From contig NC_069000.1 in assembly GCF_001194135.2 (NCBI RefSeq), forward strand, positions 17,901,449 to 17,952,036: a stretch of DNA of 50,588 nt, given 5' to 3'. The stretch comes from Octopus bimaculoides (lineage: Eukaryota). The position numbers were made by a program, and so were the translations under genes. A model generated the notes under the pieces. The model was not told where the DNA came from and did no database searches. It worked only from the letters and a program-made list of their open reading frames with translations. This document shows positions 13,003-25,425 of the stretch, piece by piece (positions within the stretch are counted from its first letter, which is position 1; each line of letters starts with the position of its first letter).

Positions 13003-13735
13003 ATTCTTTTATTTGTTTCAGTCATTTGACTGCAGCCATGCTGGAGCACCACCTTTAGTCAAACAAATTGACCCCAGGACTTATTCTTTGTAAGCATAGT
13101 ACTTATTTTATTGGTCTGTTTTGCTGAACTCTAAGTTACGGGGACGTAAACACACCAACATCAGTTGTCAAGCAATGGTGGGAGGACAAACAGACACACA
13201 AACATATACATATCTACATATATATCATCATCATCATCATCGTTTAACGTCCGCTTTCCATGCTAGCATGGGTTGGACGATTTGACTGAGGACTGGTGAA
13301 ACCGGATGGCAACACCAGGCTCCAATCTAATTTGGCAGAGTTTCTACAGCTGGATGCCCTTCCTAACGCCAACCACTCAGAGAGTGTAGTGGGTGCTTTT
13401 ACGTGTCACCCGCACCAAAACGGCCACGCTCGAAATGGTGTCTTTTATGTGCCACCCGCACAAGCCAGTCCAGGGGCACTGGCAACGATCTTACTTGGCT
13501 TGCCGGGTCTTCTCACGCACAGCACATTTCCAAAGGTCTCGGTCAGTAGTCATCGCCTCGGTGAGGCCCACATATATATATATATATGACAAGCTCCTTT
13601 CAGTTGCCGTCTACCAAATCCACTCACGGGGCTTTGGTCGGCCCAAGGCTATAGCAGAAAACACTTGGCCAAGGTGCCACGCAGTGGGACTGAACCCGGA
13701 ACCATGTAGCTGGTAAGCAAGCTACTTACCACAAC
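13003..13735 (-). mobile_element. SINE family A interrupted by an RTE-tail element (about 13225-13570)
   Basis: The SINE 3' half (13003-13200) and 5' half (13588-13735) are separated at the central TA repeat by a (CAT)n-gtttaacgtccgctttcc element. Confidence 0.8.
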
Positions 13736-15691
13736 TGATCTATAACATAAGTTGTGTAAATAATTCTACAGAGAGATTAAGTAGATTGCATGTAGGTTTA
13801 GCAAATTTCTAACTGAACGAGGTTGCTGTCATCTGACCAACTTTTGGTGAGGTCACCACTAGGTCAACAACTACTCCAGATTCTTCATCAAGTTGATTTA
13901 ATGACACTAACTATTTATTGTTTGGGATAGTCGAAGATGACCTTGTATATGGCCATATAATTAAATTTGGGTCTTTACATTTACTTGTGTCGTATTCTTC
14001 CTAACAACATTCTTTCTGTCCAAGCAGTTGGGGCTTTGACATGGCTGGCTTCCTGTCTCAACTGCAGGAACAGTAAGTATCCAACAGGGTAACCCTCTTC
14101 CCACTTGAGACAAGCAGATCTGTAGTCAGGGACGTAACATGCAGCAACCTGTTCTCCGGCTCCAACCTTGCAGCATCAGCTGCAAACCTGGGTGTCACCA
14201 CCTGTAACACGGAGGAGGGGAAAATCAATAAATAAGGGGCCTGCCAAGATGTCAGGTGTTCTAGGATCCTGTACTACTTATTTCCTCTGTAAAACAGAGG
14301 TAATGACAGACCATTGGAGAAATGAGCTTCACGAGGTGGAGTGGTTGCTGCAGTGAGTGTTGCTGGACATTCTCCATGGCAATGTCATCATGGTCATTAC
14401 TGCAGGGTGTGGCTGGGCATACCATCTGTTCAGGTGTATGTGGCCCATCAACCATTCCACCTCCATCTCTTTACTCCCCACCTCACTTCTTTCTTTTTCT
14501 TTCTTATCTCTCTTTTTTCCTGTTTGTTTGTATTTAAATGTTCTAATAAAATAAAGAATCTTCATCTCTTCAAAAAAAGCAACTGAACAGCTGCTACAAT
14601 TGGCACATCATAGGACACATGTTAGAGTCATATCATAGCTAACAGGGTCCTAGAGGACCCATATTTTTCCACCTGGAAGCCAGTGATAGAGGTGGAATTT
14701 AAAATTCAAAATGCAAAGAGCCAGGATAGATACCATAAGGCACAATTGCCTGATGTCGTAAGAATTCCTTCAATCCACTGTCCTGAACTGGTACTTTATT
14801 AATTCCGAAAAGATAAATGGCAAAGTTGACCTCAGCAGAATTTAAACTCAGAGCACTGGAACAAATACTACTAGCTATTCTCTCTAATGCTCAAATGGTT
14901 CTCTATTTAAAATTAAAAAAAAATATTTATGGTTCTATCAAAGGAGGAAGGCCACACTTATGATGCTTTTGCAGGGCCCCTGAAACTGCTGGAGAACAAG
15001 GCAAGAAGAAACTACATCACACGTGTTACTACTGTAGGAAGTGATATTGATTTAGCCTTATATGACAGAGCAAGAAGAACAGTAGGAGGCAGAACAAGAA
15101 AATACTGAGTTACTCTCAAATCAGAGATCTGGTCTTAAAATATTCATAATACAGTGGACTCTGTTAAAGGCGACTGAGGACTCGGAAATAATGTCAACTG
15201 GGTAACAGATTAACCTTTTTGACACCAACCCACTTGAAACTGCCTCTGGTTGTACAATACAAATTCCATGTTGTAATATTATCCAAATTAAAGGCAGTAA
15301 GTTGGCAAAATTGTTGCTTAGAGGCATTTCATGTCTTCAGTTCCGTGTTCAAATTCTGCTGGGGCCAATTTTGCCTTTCATCCTTTCAGGGTCAATAAAA
15401 TAAGTACCAGCTGAGCACTGGGGTTGAAATAATCGACTTACCCTCTCCCCTGAAAGTGTGAGGGTAGAGTGAGAAATGATTTAGAGAGGAGACAGGGGTG
15501 AATGTTGAGATGGTTGGGTATGGTTGAATGTAGTGAATGGTAAATGAGGGGAGAATCGAAGGTAATTATTGTGGTGATAGTGTTCAAGTGATCCTATTAG
15601 AGTTATCTCTTGTTTGTTTTCAGATCCTAACCACTAGTAGAGGGAGTTCACCGAGCTTTTTCAACTTACTATATTACATATATAAAATTAG

Positions 15692-16098
15692 GCATGGTTG
15701 TGTGGTTAAGAAGCTTGCTTTGCAATTATGTGGCTTCAGGTTCAGTCCCACTGCAGGGCACTTTGGGAAAGTGTCTTCTATGCCAACCAATGCCTAGTGA
15801 TTAAATTTGGTAGACAGAAACTGCGTAGAAATTCGTCGTGTGTTTATGTGTGTGTGTGTGTATGTCTGTTTGTCACCCCTCTCCACTGACTGACAACCGA
15901 CGTTGGCATGTTTACGTCCCGTGGTTTAGCGGTTCGGCCAAAATGATAGAATAAGTACTAGACTTAAAAATAAAAAAAATACAAAAAAAAAAAAAATAAA
16001 TAAAACCCACAAGTACTGGGGTCGATTTGTTCGACTAGAACTAGGGAAGGCGATGCCCTAGCATGGCTGCATTTCAATGCCTGAAACAGATAAAAGTC
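15692..16098 (+). mobile_element. SINE family A copy
   Basis: Same head, central (TG)n and tail as the other copies. Confidence 0.8.
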
Positions 16099-16099
16099 T

Positions 16100-17460
16100 G
16101 CTGCTTAAGCCATTGTTTATATACAGATTTGGCGATTCCGAGATAACGTTTCTAAACATCGCAACAACCTATCTTTGCTAACACAAACCAAAGCCATCGG
16201 GAAAAGGTATGAATAAGACATCACGTTTCCCCTTCATTAAATAGATCGGAGACACCTGTAGTGACGAAATGACTGCAGGACAAAACAACTATTAAAATAA
16301 CCAGATTTCTTAAAAGAAAACATATCAAGATAACAGAAAAGCTTGTCTTACTTAATACTTGCTGATTATATCTTAACCTTATCAATGCAACACTGCAATC
16401 TACTCGAGTAGAGATAATCAATGATACCCAGTTAAAATGAGAGAGCTTAGTCAAGTTAGTGATTACATTAGACAGAATAAAAAACATGTATCGGCAGATT
16501 ATTACCGAAGGTGGAGATGGAGTATATGTAATCTTAGGTAGTCCTTGAGTTTTTGAAATTTAAAGTTAGAATTATAAAAAATAAATATAAACGAAATTAA
16601 TGTGTTTAATTTTTATTGGGGTGCTATTTTATTTATATATTCGGTATATCAAATTTAAAAAAACAAAAGTTATATGACAGCTTGTATATAGTTGATCATA
16701 AACCGGTTGTAGAAAATTTTGTGCAATTGTTTAAAATTTGATATCGAAATACAGAAGATTATCAAAAGCTATGCATATGTTTTTCACTGGATTTAATCAA
16801 CAGCAGGAACGAACTTGACTTTCAGCCTTTGTGATCGAGAAAATATCCACTCATATCGAAAATCGATATTATCAACCAAGTGTGAAATGATCACTTCAGT
16901 AGAATCACCGGCCAATAAATACTTCGCATACTTTAAAAACTCTTTTTTATAGGCCGGCCCAAAAGTAAATTATGATAGAAAATTTCATATGATAGAAAAT
17001 TTCAATCTCAGCTTACAAATAAAAGAAAATATTCAATAATAGCGAAATTAGTACTTTATAAAATTTTCTTTCAACTTTATATCGATAATTATAATGTTAC
17101 ACACAGAGAAAGAGAAGATACGCGTGTTTGTGTGAGTTAGAAATCAGAGATGTCACCAACTAATTTACTAGACCGGCAAACTAGAACTTTGGAATTAAAT
17201 ATCTGAAAAAAAATGTCAAGGTTGGGGATAATATCTATTTACAAAAGAAAGAGAATGTTTCTTACTTGACTTTTTCGGGAACCGACTTTAATACCGCGAG
17301 ATGATTCGGTAGAAGGTTGCCGACAACCATGTGATGGTAGATCTGCCATGCTGTCTTCACTAACCGGTGTCGTTATTATAGACGTTACCTTTAACATAAA
17401 CTAGTGACAATAAGTAGCGCTAGTTAATTTCGCTGTAGTGGTGATGTAACTGACATTTGA
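16100..17460. promoter_or_regulatory. CpG-retaining region over HMBS exon 1 and its probable promoter
   Basis: Visibly more CG dinucleotides than the gene bodies, next to the HMBS ATG. CpG retention continues to about 20.8 kb. Qualitative, not computed. Confidence 0.45.
17266..17349 (-). CDS. HMBS: Porphobilinogen deaminase (hydroxymethylbilane synthase), coding exon 1
   Basis: Minus strand reads ATG...CAA = MADLPSHGCRQPSTESSRGIKVGSRKSQ (28 codons), followed by a GTAAG donor in phase 0. IKVGSRKSQ matches the PBGD N-terminal motif (human IRVGTRKSQ), and the phase-0 intron after KSQ is at the same position as in vertebrate HMBS. Confidence 0.93.
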
Positions 17461-17621
17461 TTTCTAAGCCAAGTTGCCCCATCACGTCAAATGCAGCAAT
17501 AAATTTCATTTTTCTTTCTATCGTCTATTATTTACAATTATATTCATATTATATATTTGATGGCAGAAACAGATTCCAAAGTTACGCGTGCATACACACA
17601 CATATGCACATACAGACACTG

Positions 17622-17670
<49 letters not shown>

Positions 17671-18704
17671 CACACATATATACATACATACACACACACA
17701 TATATATATATATATATACTCTTACAGGCACACATACACTCTATCTTCACCCCTTTCTCTCTCTCTTTCTATCTCTCCCCCTCTCTCTCTCACACACACA
17801 TACATACCTACATGCATGCATACATACATACATACATACATTAAAAAAATTATTAGCATGCAGAAGAAAAGGGGCGTGTCTCAGGCCTCTTCAACCATTC
17901 AGTTTAGCTTGCAAAGGTTGTTCACTGCGAACACTTCAAGGTTATTAATGATTACAGAGGTACTGTGGTTTGGGTGATACAATGTCGGGGTGGAAATATT
18001 AGGTAGAAAACTAAGTCAAAGGTTGCAGAAACGAGAAATGGTGTAAGAAAGGGCTGGGAGAGGGGAGACGGATGTTCCCAGATGGTGAAGGTGGTAGAGT
18101 CATTGATACCTTATTGTTGCAGTAGAACGGACACAGGATGATGATGGTACAGTTTAATTGAAATGACTAATATGTGAAGGTGATATGATATAATGTTAGG
18201 GCGACGACCTGGCAGATTCATTCCCGCCCCGGGCAAAATGATTAGCGGCATTTCGTCCATCTTTACGTTTTGAGTTCAAATTCCGCCGAGGTCGACTTCG
18301 CCTTTCATTTTTTCGGGGTTGATAAAATAAAGACCTGTTGATCACTGCAGTTGATGTAATCGACTTATTCTTCGCCGAAATCTGCTGGCCTTATGCCAAT
18401 CTAATTCTACACTTTATCATATTCAAGAATATAAACACGCCTTTAAGCACAACACATGCGGAGTAAAAAAGAAACACTACCTTTCACCGGAACACCGGGG
18501 TCGGAACTATCGTTCACGCAGTGCTCTCTCTACCTAGCGTGAAGCTTCCTATCTCGAACATTTGAGCATGTGCACAATAGCCAAACACCGCGTCGCTGGA
18601 ACTGTGAAGCGCACAGTTCTATACAAGGATTTTTGTATTTTTTTCATAAACTAGAGGATGGCTACTGTTGATCTAAGCTCTGAAAGCTTTGGCAAAAATA
18701 CTCA

Positions 18705-18753
18705 TAACCCGAACCCTAACCCTAACTCTAAAACCCGAACTCTAAAACCCTAA
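18705..18753 (-). repeat. Degenerate (TTAGGG)n-like tract
   Basis: aacccgaaccctaaccctaactctaaaacccg... A similar tract is on the plus strand at 49756-49820. Confidence 0.6.
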
Positions 18754-20789
18754 AGCTGAAACCAGTACAAACGCACGAATGATATCATAAATAACAGTAC
18801 CGCCGATAGTTGTTGTTGACAAACAACGGCACTAATTTTATTCAAGGGAAAAGATCCCATTACACCGCTAGAACGTGTTGTCTACATTCCACAGCAGTAA
18901 TTGTTTTCACCTCAATAGACGTTAGTGATTGGTTGAAATTACCGAAATACGACAACTTTTAACATGAAATAACTTCGAATATAAATTTTTTTCTTTGTTC
19001 TATAAGACAAAATATACAAGTATATGAAGTTTTAAAGTGTTTCGGGAGAAAACACACTAAATAAAACATAAATAAAAAGTGGCGCCCGCCAAATCAGAAA
19101 GATCCCGTCCTTTGGCTGCTGGAGATAGGTTTGGACAACTGTCATGGTGATGACATTTATTGAGGTAGAAACACGAATCCACGACAGTCCTCTTATTTGC
19201 AGACAATAAGCCTATCTTTTTCCTTAAGGGCATGTCAATTTTGGAGAAAATTCTTGACTCTTGAGATTATCTCCCTTTCTCAAGTGGAGCTGGTCTTAAT
19301 TGCCATTTGCTAACTGTGACAAATGTCGAGTCGGAGTTAACTGTAAAAAAAATCAAGAATTTATGTTGTATGGTATTTGATATACCCGCATTTGCCTATG
19401 TTGTTCAAATACATGCCACTCTCAGCTAATTTTTGTTTGAATTATGCGCAACATTTTCTGATATTTTTCGAAAAGATTTTCTTCCTGAATTACATGTTTT
19501 AAACCTTAGATATTATGTTTCTGGAAACAAATCACAAAATCAATATTTCGACTTATAAAGAAGCTACAAATGTATAAAAATGTGAATGAATCAATTAATT
19601 AACTATCAATCCTTTTCCAAGAGCATTAGTTAATTAGCTTCATTCTTAAGCCAGGCCGCATTTTCAGCTCGTCGAGATCTCAGTATTTTATTTAACATTG
19701 ACAATGAGGGAACCTTTACATGATTACTCACCCTGTCAGAAATAGAAGCCAAATCTCCCTCAAATCATGCCCTATCGACTTTAAAAAAATATATACTTTA
19801 GACTGTATTAGTTTTAGATACTCTTAAAAAGATGGGATGATTATAACTGGAATTATTTTGATTATAGGTTTGCTCTGTTAGAACATATCTGGTGTTAAAT
19901 AATAATAACAACGCTGTTTACATTGCTATTTCAGAAACGAAGTTACCTAAAAAATAAAAATTGTTCGTTTCGTATCGTTACTGTACTGCTTAATGTTTTT
20001 TTTTTCAGCGTTCACATTTCGATTTTTGTAACTACTACTTTCTCCAAGAAAAGTTCATGGCGCACGAAATACGCGAATTTGAAAATATTTCTTACTGTGT
20101 ATATTTGTACTGATTTGATAAGATTACTTTCTAAGCATGGTCAATCGATCAGTTAAGAGAGAAAAGGAACAAAATTTTTATAAGTAAGTTCTTATATGCG
20201 TTAAATTAACATATAAAATAAGATTCCATTTTCTTTCATTTCTTTAGCAATAGTAAAAACATGTTTTAACTTGTTAGTTGTGTGCGTGGTGAAGCTAGAT
20301 CACGGAATATTGTGGTGGAATTTCCATGTTAAAGAGTTTATTAAAGCATGAATGATTATATCGTATTAGTATGGTCCAATACGGATACAGATAAGGGAAT
20401 TCCATGACTTCTGCAGTGTTGTATTTTAACGGCGAGTTTTCATGATGCTAATTAACAAAAATACACACCAGAATGATTAAGATAAAAAGTAAAACGGACT
20501 CTGCCGTACAACAAAACAAACGAATACACATTTAGATAGCTGGATTTTTAAAGCTAGATATATTAATTATACTGGGTAAATAAGCGAAAGTAACTAATTG
20601 AATGCATCAGAAACTTGTTGATTCATCTCTAATATGCATAGATCAAGCTACTAATGAGTATTTAAAAAAAATTATAGAAACGCATTTAAAAAAATGAATA
20701 ATGAGATGGACATTTTTGTGAAAACAATCGAATATAGAGCGTGGACTCTCGATTTTAGAATGCGCTCGTGCAAATCAAAATATACAGAA

Positions 20790-20945
20790 GCAACTTTAGT
20801 GTGCATACTCGATTTCAATACGTACACATGCGACTTCAGGTGTGTACACATGCTACTTCAGTGGATACATACTCAACTTCAGAGTGTACACATGCCACTT
20901 GGAAATGTAATGGTGGACTTCAGAGTGTACACATTCTACTCGTTA
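20790..20945. repeat. Degenerate minisatellite, about 21-bp unit (acttcagagtgtacacatgc)
   Basis: About 6-7 imperfect copies visible. Confidence 0.65.
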
Positions 20946-22169
20946 AGTACTAAAACTCGTTTTCATGGATGTACGACTTAAGTAAAGCTTTATTCTCACC
21001 CACTCTCCGAAGTGGTTTCAAAAGTTTGTTGACATTCTTCATTCATTCATGTAAGGGAAGTTAGGTGGAGTGTGTATGGACCGTCAAGCATAGAGAACGC
21101 ACCTGTTAATCGTAAGCTTTAAAACATGCCTTTAAGTACATTTTTGTCTTAATATTAAGGATGTATAGATGCTTGTTCGTATTTTCCTTTATCGTTAGTC
21201 TGAGTGTGGAGGTAGAGTGATCTCAAGGTTTAGTGTTAAGAGGTATCAGCTGTTTCTAAAAATTTTTAAATGGCATTTAGACCATTCTTTTGATTAATGT
21301 CAAAAGAGATAATAATCAAAAGAATGGTTTAAATGCCATTTTAGAAATGACATTTAGGCAGTAACAACCCTCTACCAGCGGTCTGGATGGTCCCAAAGTA
21401 AGGTTACTTAGTAGCTGTATCAGGTGCATGTTTGATGCTAAAGTAATAAAGAATACAAACATTCTTAAAATCTTGTCACTTTAGGATGTCGAATTCTGAG
21501 ATAATCGAATGGGGGAAAAGACAAATAAATGCTGGGTACATACAAAGTTTCTGCTATTCATCTTAGTCCATTGGTTCCATATAAATTCGAACTGGCTAAA
21601 CTACAGCTCTAGTGTTTTTTTTTCTCTATAAAATATACTTAACGTTGGTATGATAGTGAATCAAATAATTATTCCAGCTGTTACCCAGATAAACAAATTT
21701 GTCCTCTTGCAGGAAAAGGCAATCAAATTAACCAGCAAAGACAAATTATTAACGATCAGAAAGTATTAAAAGAATTGTAAACTGGAATGGAAAACTGAAT
21801 ATTACAACCACCACGTCTGATAAACATTCATAAATGCTCAAACAAATAGACCAGGCTTGAAAGTAGAAGAAAGCTTGGTTAAAATAAAAAATGGAAGAAA
21901 TTCAGGGAACTGAATCCCTGTTTGTAAATCATGTTGAAGAAGTGTAGTTTAACATGGTTGGGAGAAATGGGCACCATGTCCAATTAGTGATTTATAATGT
22001 ATAACAGTCATTTCAATTGTCTATACTTGCACCCTTATAAAATTTCCAGCTGCCTACTGAGTTGAGAGAGCAGCTGGATGTGAAGGGTTTCAACTGATGT
22101 GTGCTGTAGAGATGACTACTAGTATGGATGTGGCTTTGATGTTCTTCAGAAACTGGTGATAAGGCTGTT

Positions 22170-22620
22170 AATAGTCCTCTTCAATAGTTGTAAATTGATA
22201 GCTGCAAGAAAAAAAAGGGGAAAAAAAGTCAAAGAGAATTTCAGAGGGATGATCTTGGGAGAGAATGTACTGGCTATAGTGGTTAGTGAGGGCTCTGGAG
22301 ATGGAGAGGGGATACAATATAAGTGATAAGGAAAAGAGATGAGTGAGATGGGTATACCTGAGTGGAGGTAGTTGCATGACTACTCAGCTCTTAGGTATAG
22401 TGGTCATTTAGTAGCAGTAGAAAAAGAGACAGCATAATTGTAGGCCAGAGGCTGGAGTGTGATGGTGAGTGATTTGATGCCAGTTAGTCAGGTGACCTTT
22501 TTTGAGATGCAATCTAAGATGCTTGTTTGAGTGTTGTTGCAGCACCATTCCAGATGTAGGTGAAGTAAGTACTCCATTGTATGTCTTATTTGAGTTTTAT
22601 AAAGGGTTAGTCATTGGTAG
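22170..22620 (-). mobile_element. CR1/L2-group LINE 3' fragment, decayed
   Basis: Minus strand reads LYKTQIR.TMEY...(HIW.GA)...ILD.I..., LQPLA...LCLF...RALTNHYSQ.., resembling the CR1 ORF2 C-terminus with frameshifts. Confidence 0.65.
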
Positions 22621-24879
22621 GAATGAAGTAATGTGTCTTTATACTCAATAATTGAGGGTTATTGTGAAAGAGATGATCAGTTAATGATGCAAATAGAGAA
22701 AAGTAATATAGGGAGAGATAGTTGTTTAGTATTAACATATAGATGTACAGAGAGGTAATTAGTATTATTATAGAGATACAGAGAGAAGTGATTGGTCAAT
22801 GTTCATAGATGTAAATAGAGAGATGATTGGTCAGTATTTGTTACAGAAACGTAGAGGTCCAATGAGATTTGGCAGATATATAGTTAGGCACAGAATTTAG
22901 TTTCATTATTTTGTGTTTCAGTGTTTTGAATTAAAAAAATTAGCGATTTATAATGTATAGCAGTCATTTCAATTGTCTATACTTGCATCCTTATAAAATT
23001 TCCAGCTGCCTACTGAAAAGTAAAAAAAAAAAAATTCTTTTTTCCTTTTTATTTGTTCTCCTCTTCTACCTCATTATAATTATTGCAACCATTGTCATCA
23101 TCATCATTATCACCACCTACCACCCTGTCCTCCACTTGTTTTGCACATTTACTATTCATAGTATCATAAGTTTTCTTTTGTTATAGCTCTGCTGATTAAG
23201 GAATGTTGATGACAAACCCATTTTCAATTATGGTTATTAATTTTTACACATGGAATGTTTAAATTCCTACATACATGTGACATACGCTAGATGTTAGTGA
23301 GTTCAGAACAGAGTAAATGTACTGATACTAATATTAATAGAGTAGAGGTGATATTATTGATAGTAGTATATTATTATAGTTGTTCAGCTTTGACTGAACT
23401 GATGTATTGCCCAAGATAATTTGGTTGCTGTTTCTAGCAAACTGAGAGACCTGAGCTGGTAAAAACATTAGCATGCTGGGCAAAATGCTTAGTGGTATTT
23501 CGTCCATCTTTATGTTCTGACTTCAAATTCTGCCAAGGTTGACTTTGCCTTTCATCCATTCGGGATAAGTACCAGTTGAGTACTGGGGTCAATGTAATCG
23601 ACTTAACCCCTTCCCCCAAATTTTAGGTCTTGTGTCTATAGTAGAAAGGATTATCATCATCATTATTATTATTATAGACATCATGATAATTATGTGGTCT
23701 CTCAGCTTGCTAGAAATAGCAGCCAAATTATCTTCAAATAATACCCTGTTTTGAAAAAGGAAGGATACAAGGGATAATGTATAGATGCACTATGTCAAGA
23801 AATAAGATGGGAAAGGAATGACTGGAATATCTTTGGCAAAGGCCAACAATTTTGAGGAGAGTGAATTAGTTGACACCACTAACAGCATTTGAATTAGTGT
23901 AATAATAATTCTTTCAAATTTTGATACAAGGCCAGCAATTTTAGGGGGAGGGGTTTATCAAATGGCAGTAGTTGTGGTAGTGGTGGTGGCAGTGGCAGCA
24001 GTTGTTGTTTCTGATTTAGGCACAGAGCAAGACATTTTGAGAGGAGGGGTTTAGTTGTTTCCATTGACTCCAGTACTTGTCTGGTAATTCATTTTGTCAA
24101 TAATTTGTTTGGGATGTAGACACAAGGGCAATAATAATGTTGAGGCGCATGAATTCGTCGATACCACTAACACCCTTTGAATTAGTTTAATTTGAACACA
24201 GAATGCGAAAAGTTAAAGCAAATGCCATAAGGCATTTTGTTTCTGTACTCCAACTATTTTAATTTAACATCTGTTTTCCATGCTAGCATGGGTTGGATGG
24301 TTTGACAGGAACTGGCAAGCCAGAGGGCTGCACCAGGCTCCAGCCATCAGTTTTAGCATAATTTCTATGGCTTGATGCTCTTCCTAACACCAACCACTTT
24401 TCAGTGTGCTAGTTGTCTGTTATGTGGCACCAAATAATCTTTTCTTATTTTGGTACAAGTTCAGCAATTTTGATGGGTAGGGAAGTTGATTACATCGATT
24501 CCATTGCTCAACTGGTACTTGTTTTTTGACCTCACAAGGATGAAAGCAAGGTTGACATCAGTGGAATTTCAACTCATAACATAAAGATGAATGATATACC
24601 ACTAAGCATTTTGTCCAGTGTTCTAATGATTTTAATAGCTCACCATCTTACATCACCCTAATAATAATGACAATAATTGTTTCTAATTTAGGCAGTACAA
24701 AGCCAGCCATTTAAAGGGATGCTGTCATGACTGATACTTTATTTTATCAACCCTGGAGGGATGATAAATAAAGTTGGCCTTTGAAACCAGAACATAAAAT
24801 GATGGAAGAAATGCAAGGCATTTTCCCATTGTTCCCATGATTCTGCTATCCACCACCTTAATAACAATGATAATAATAA

Positions 24880-25392
24880 ACATGTTTTGTCTTTGTATAA
24901 AAGATGGGCTACAGCAAATATTCTGCTCAATACCACAGATTTACTTGTCAGTTGCTTGACCTTAACCACTTGATCTTAACCACTTAGTGGCTGGCAATAT
25001 GTGCATCTCTGATCGTGAGTAGAAGTAGTGGAGGAGCATCATAGCCATGTGTAGAGAAGAATTCTTTGGGGTTTGAATAATTCACTTCAGGAAACATGGG
25101 TGTTTTGTTCATCATCCTTAAACAAACCTTATTCTGGGACCTTTTGAGCAGGATGGGCTACTCAACCTGATGAAAATTCAAACTGGGCCCCACCTACAAG
25201 GTCATGCACTGTTTATCTTGATATGAGCTCACCATGTCGCACACATATGATGGTGATGCATGTGCCTAGTGTACCCTTATCAGATGGGTAATCATGTTGA
25301 GTATATTAGGCTTTGTATATTTGTACCTCAATGTCACTTTGATGGAATGCACTGCTCTCTCAACCATAATAATAATGATAATGATAATAATG

Positions 25393-25420
<28 letters not shown>
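24880..25420 (+). mobile_element. Interspersed repeat, family D, about 540 bp ending in (AAT)n
   Basis: Reverse-complement copy at about 44875-45570. Class unresolved. Confidence 0.7.

Positions 25421-25425
<5 letters not shown>

Noticed and set aside
21486-21566. Short ORF MSNSEIIEWGKRQINAGYIQSFCYSS after an acceptor-like site
   Set aside because: No recognisable homology and no phase-compatible partner exon.
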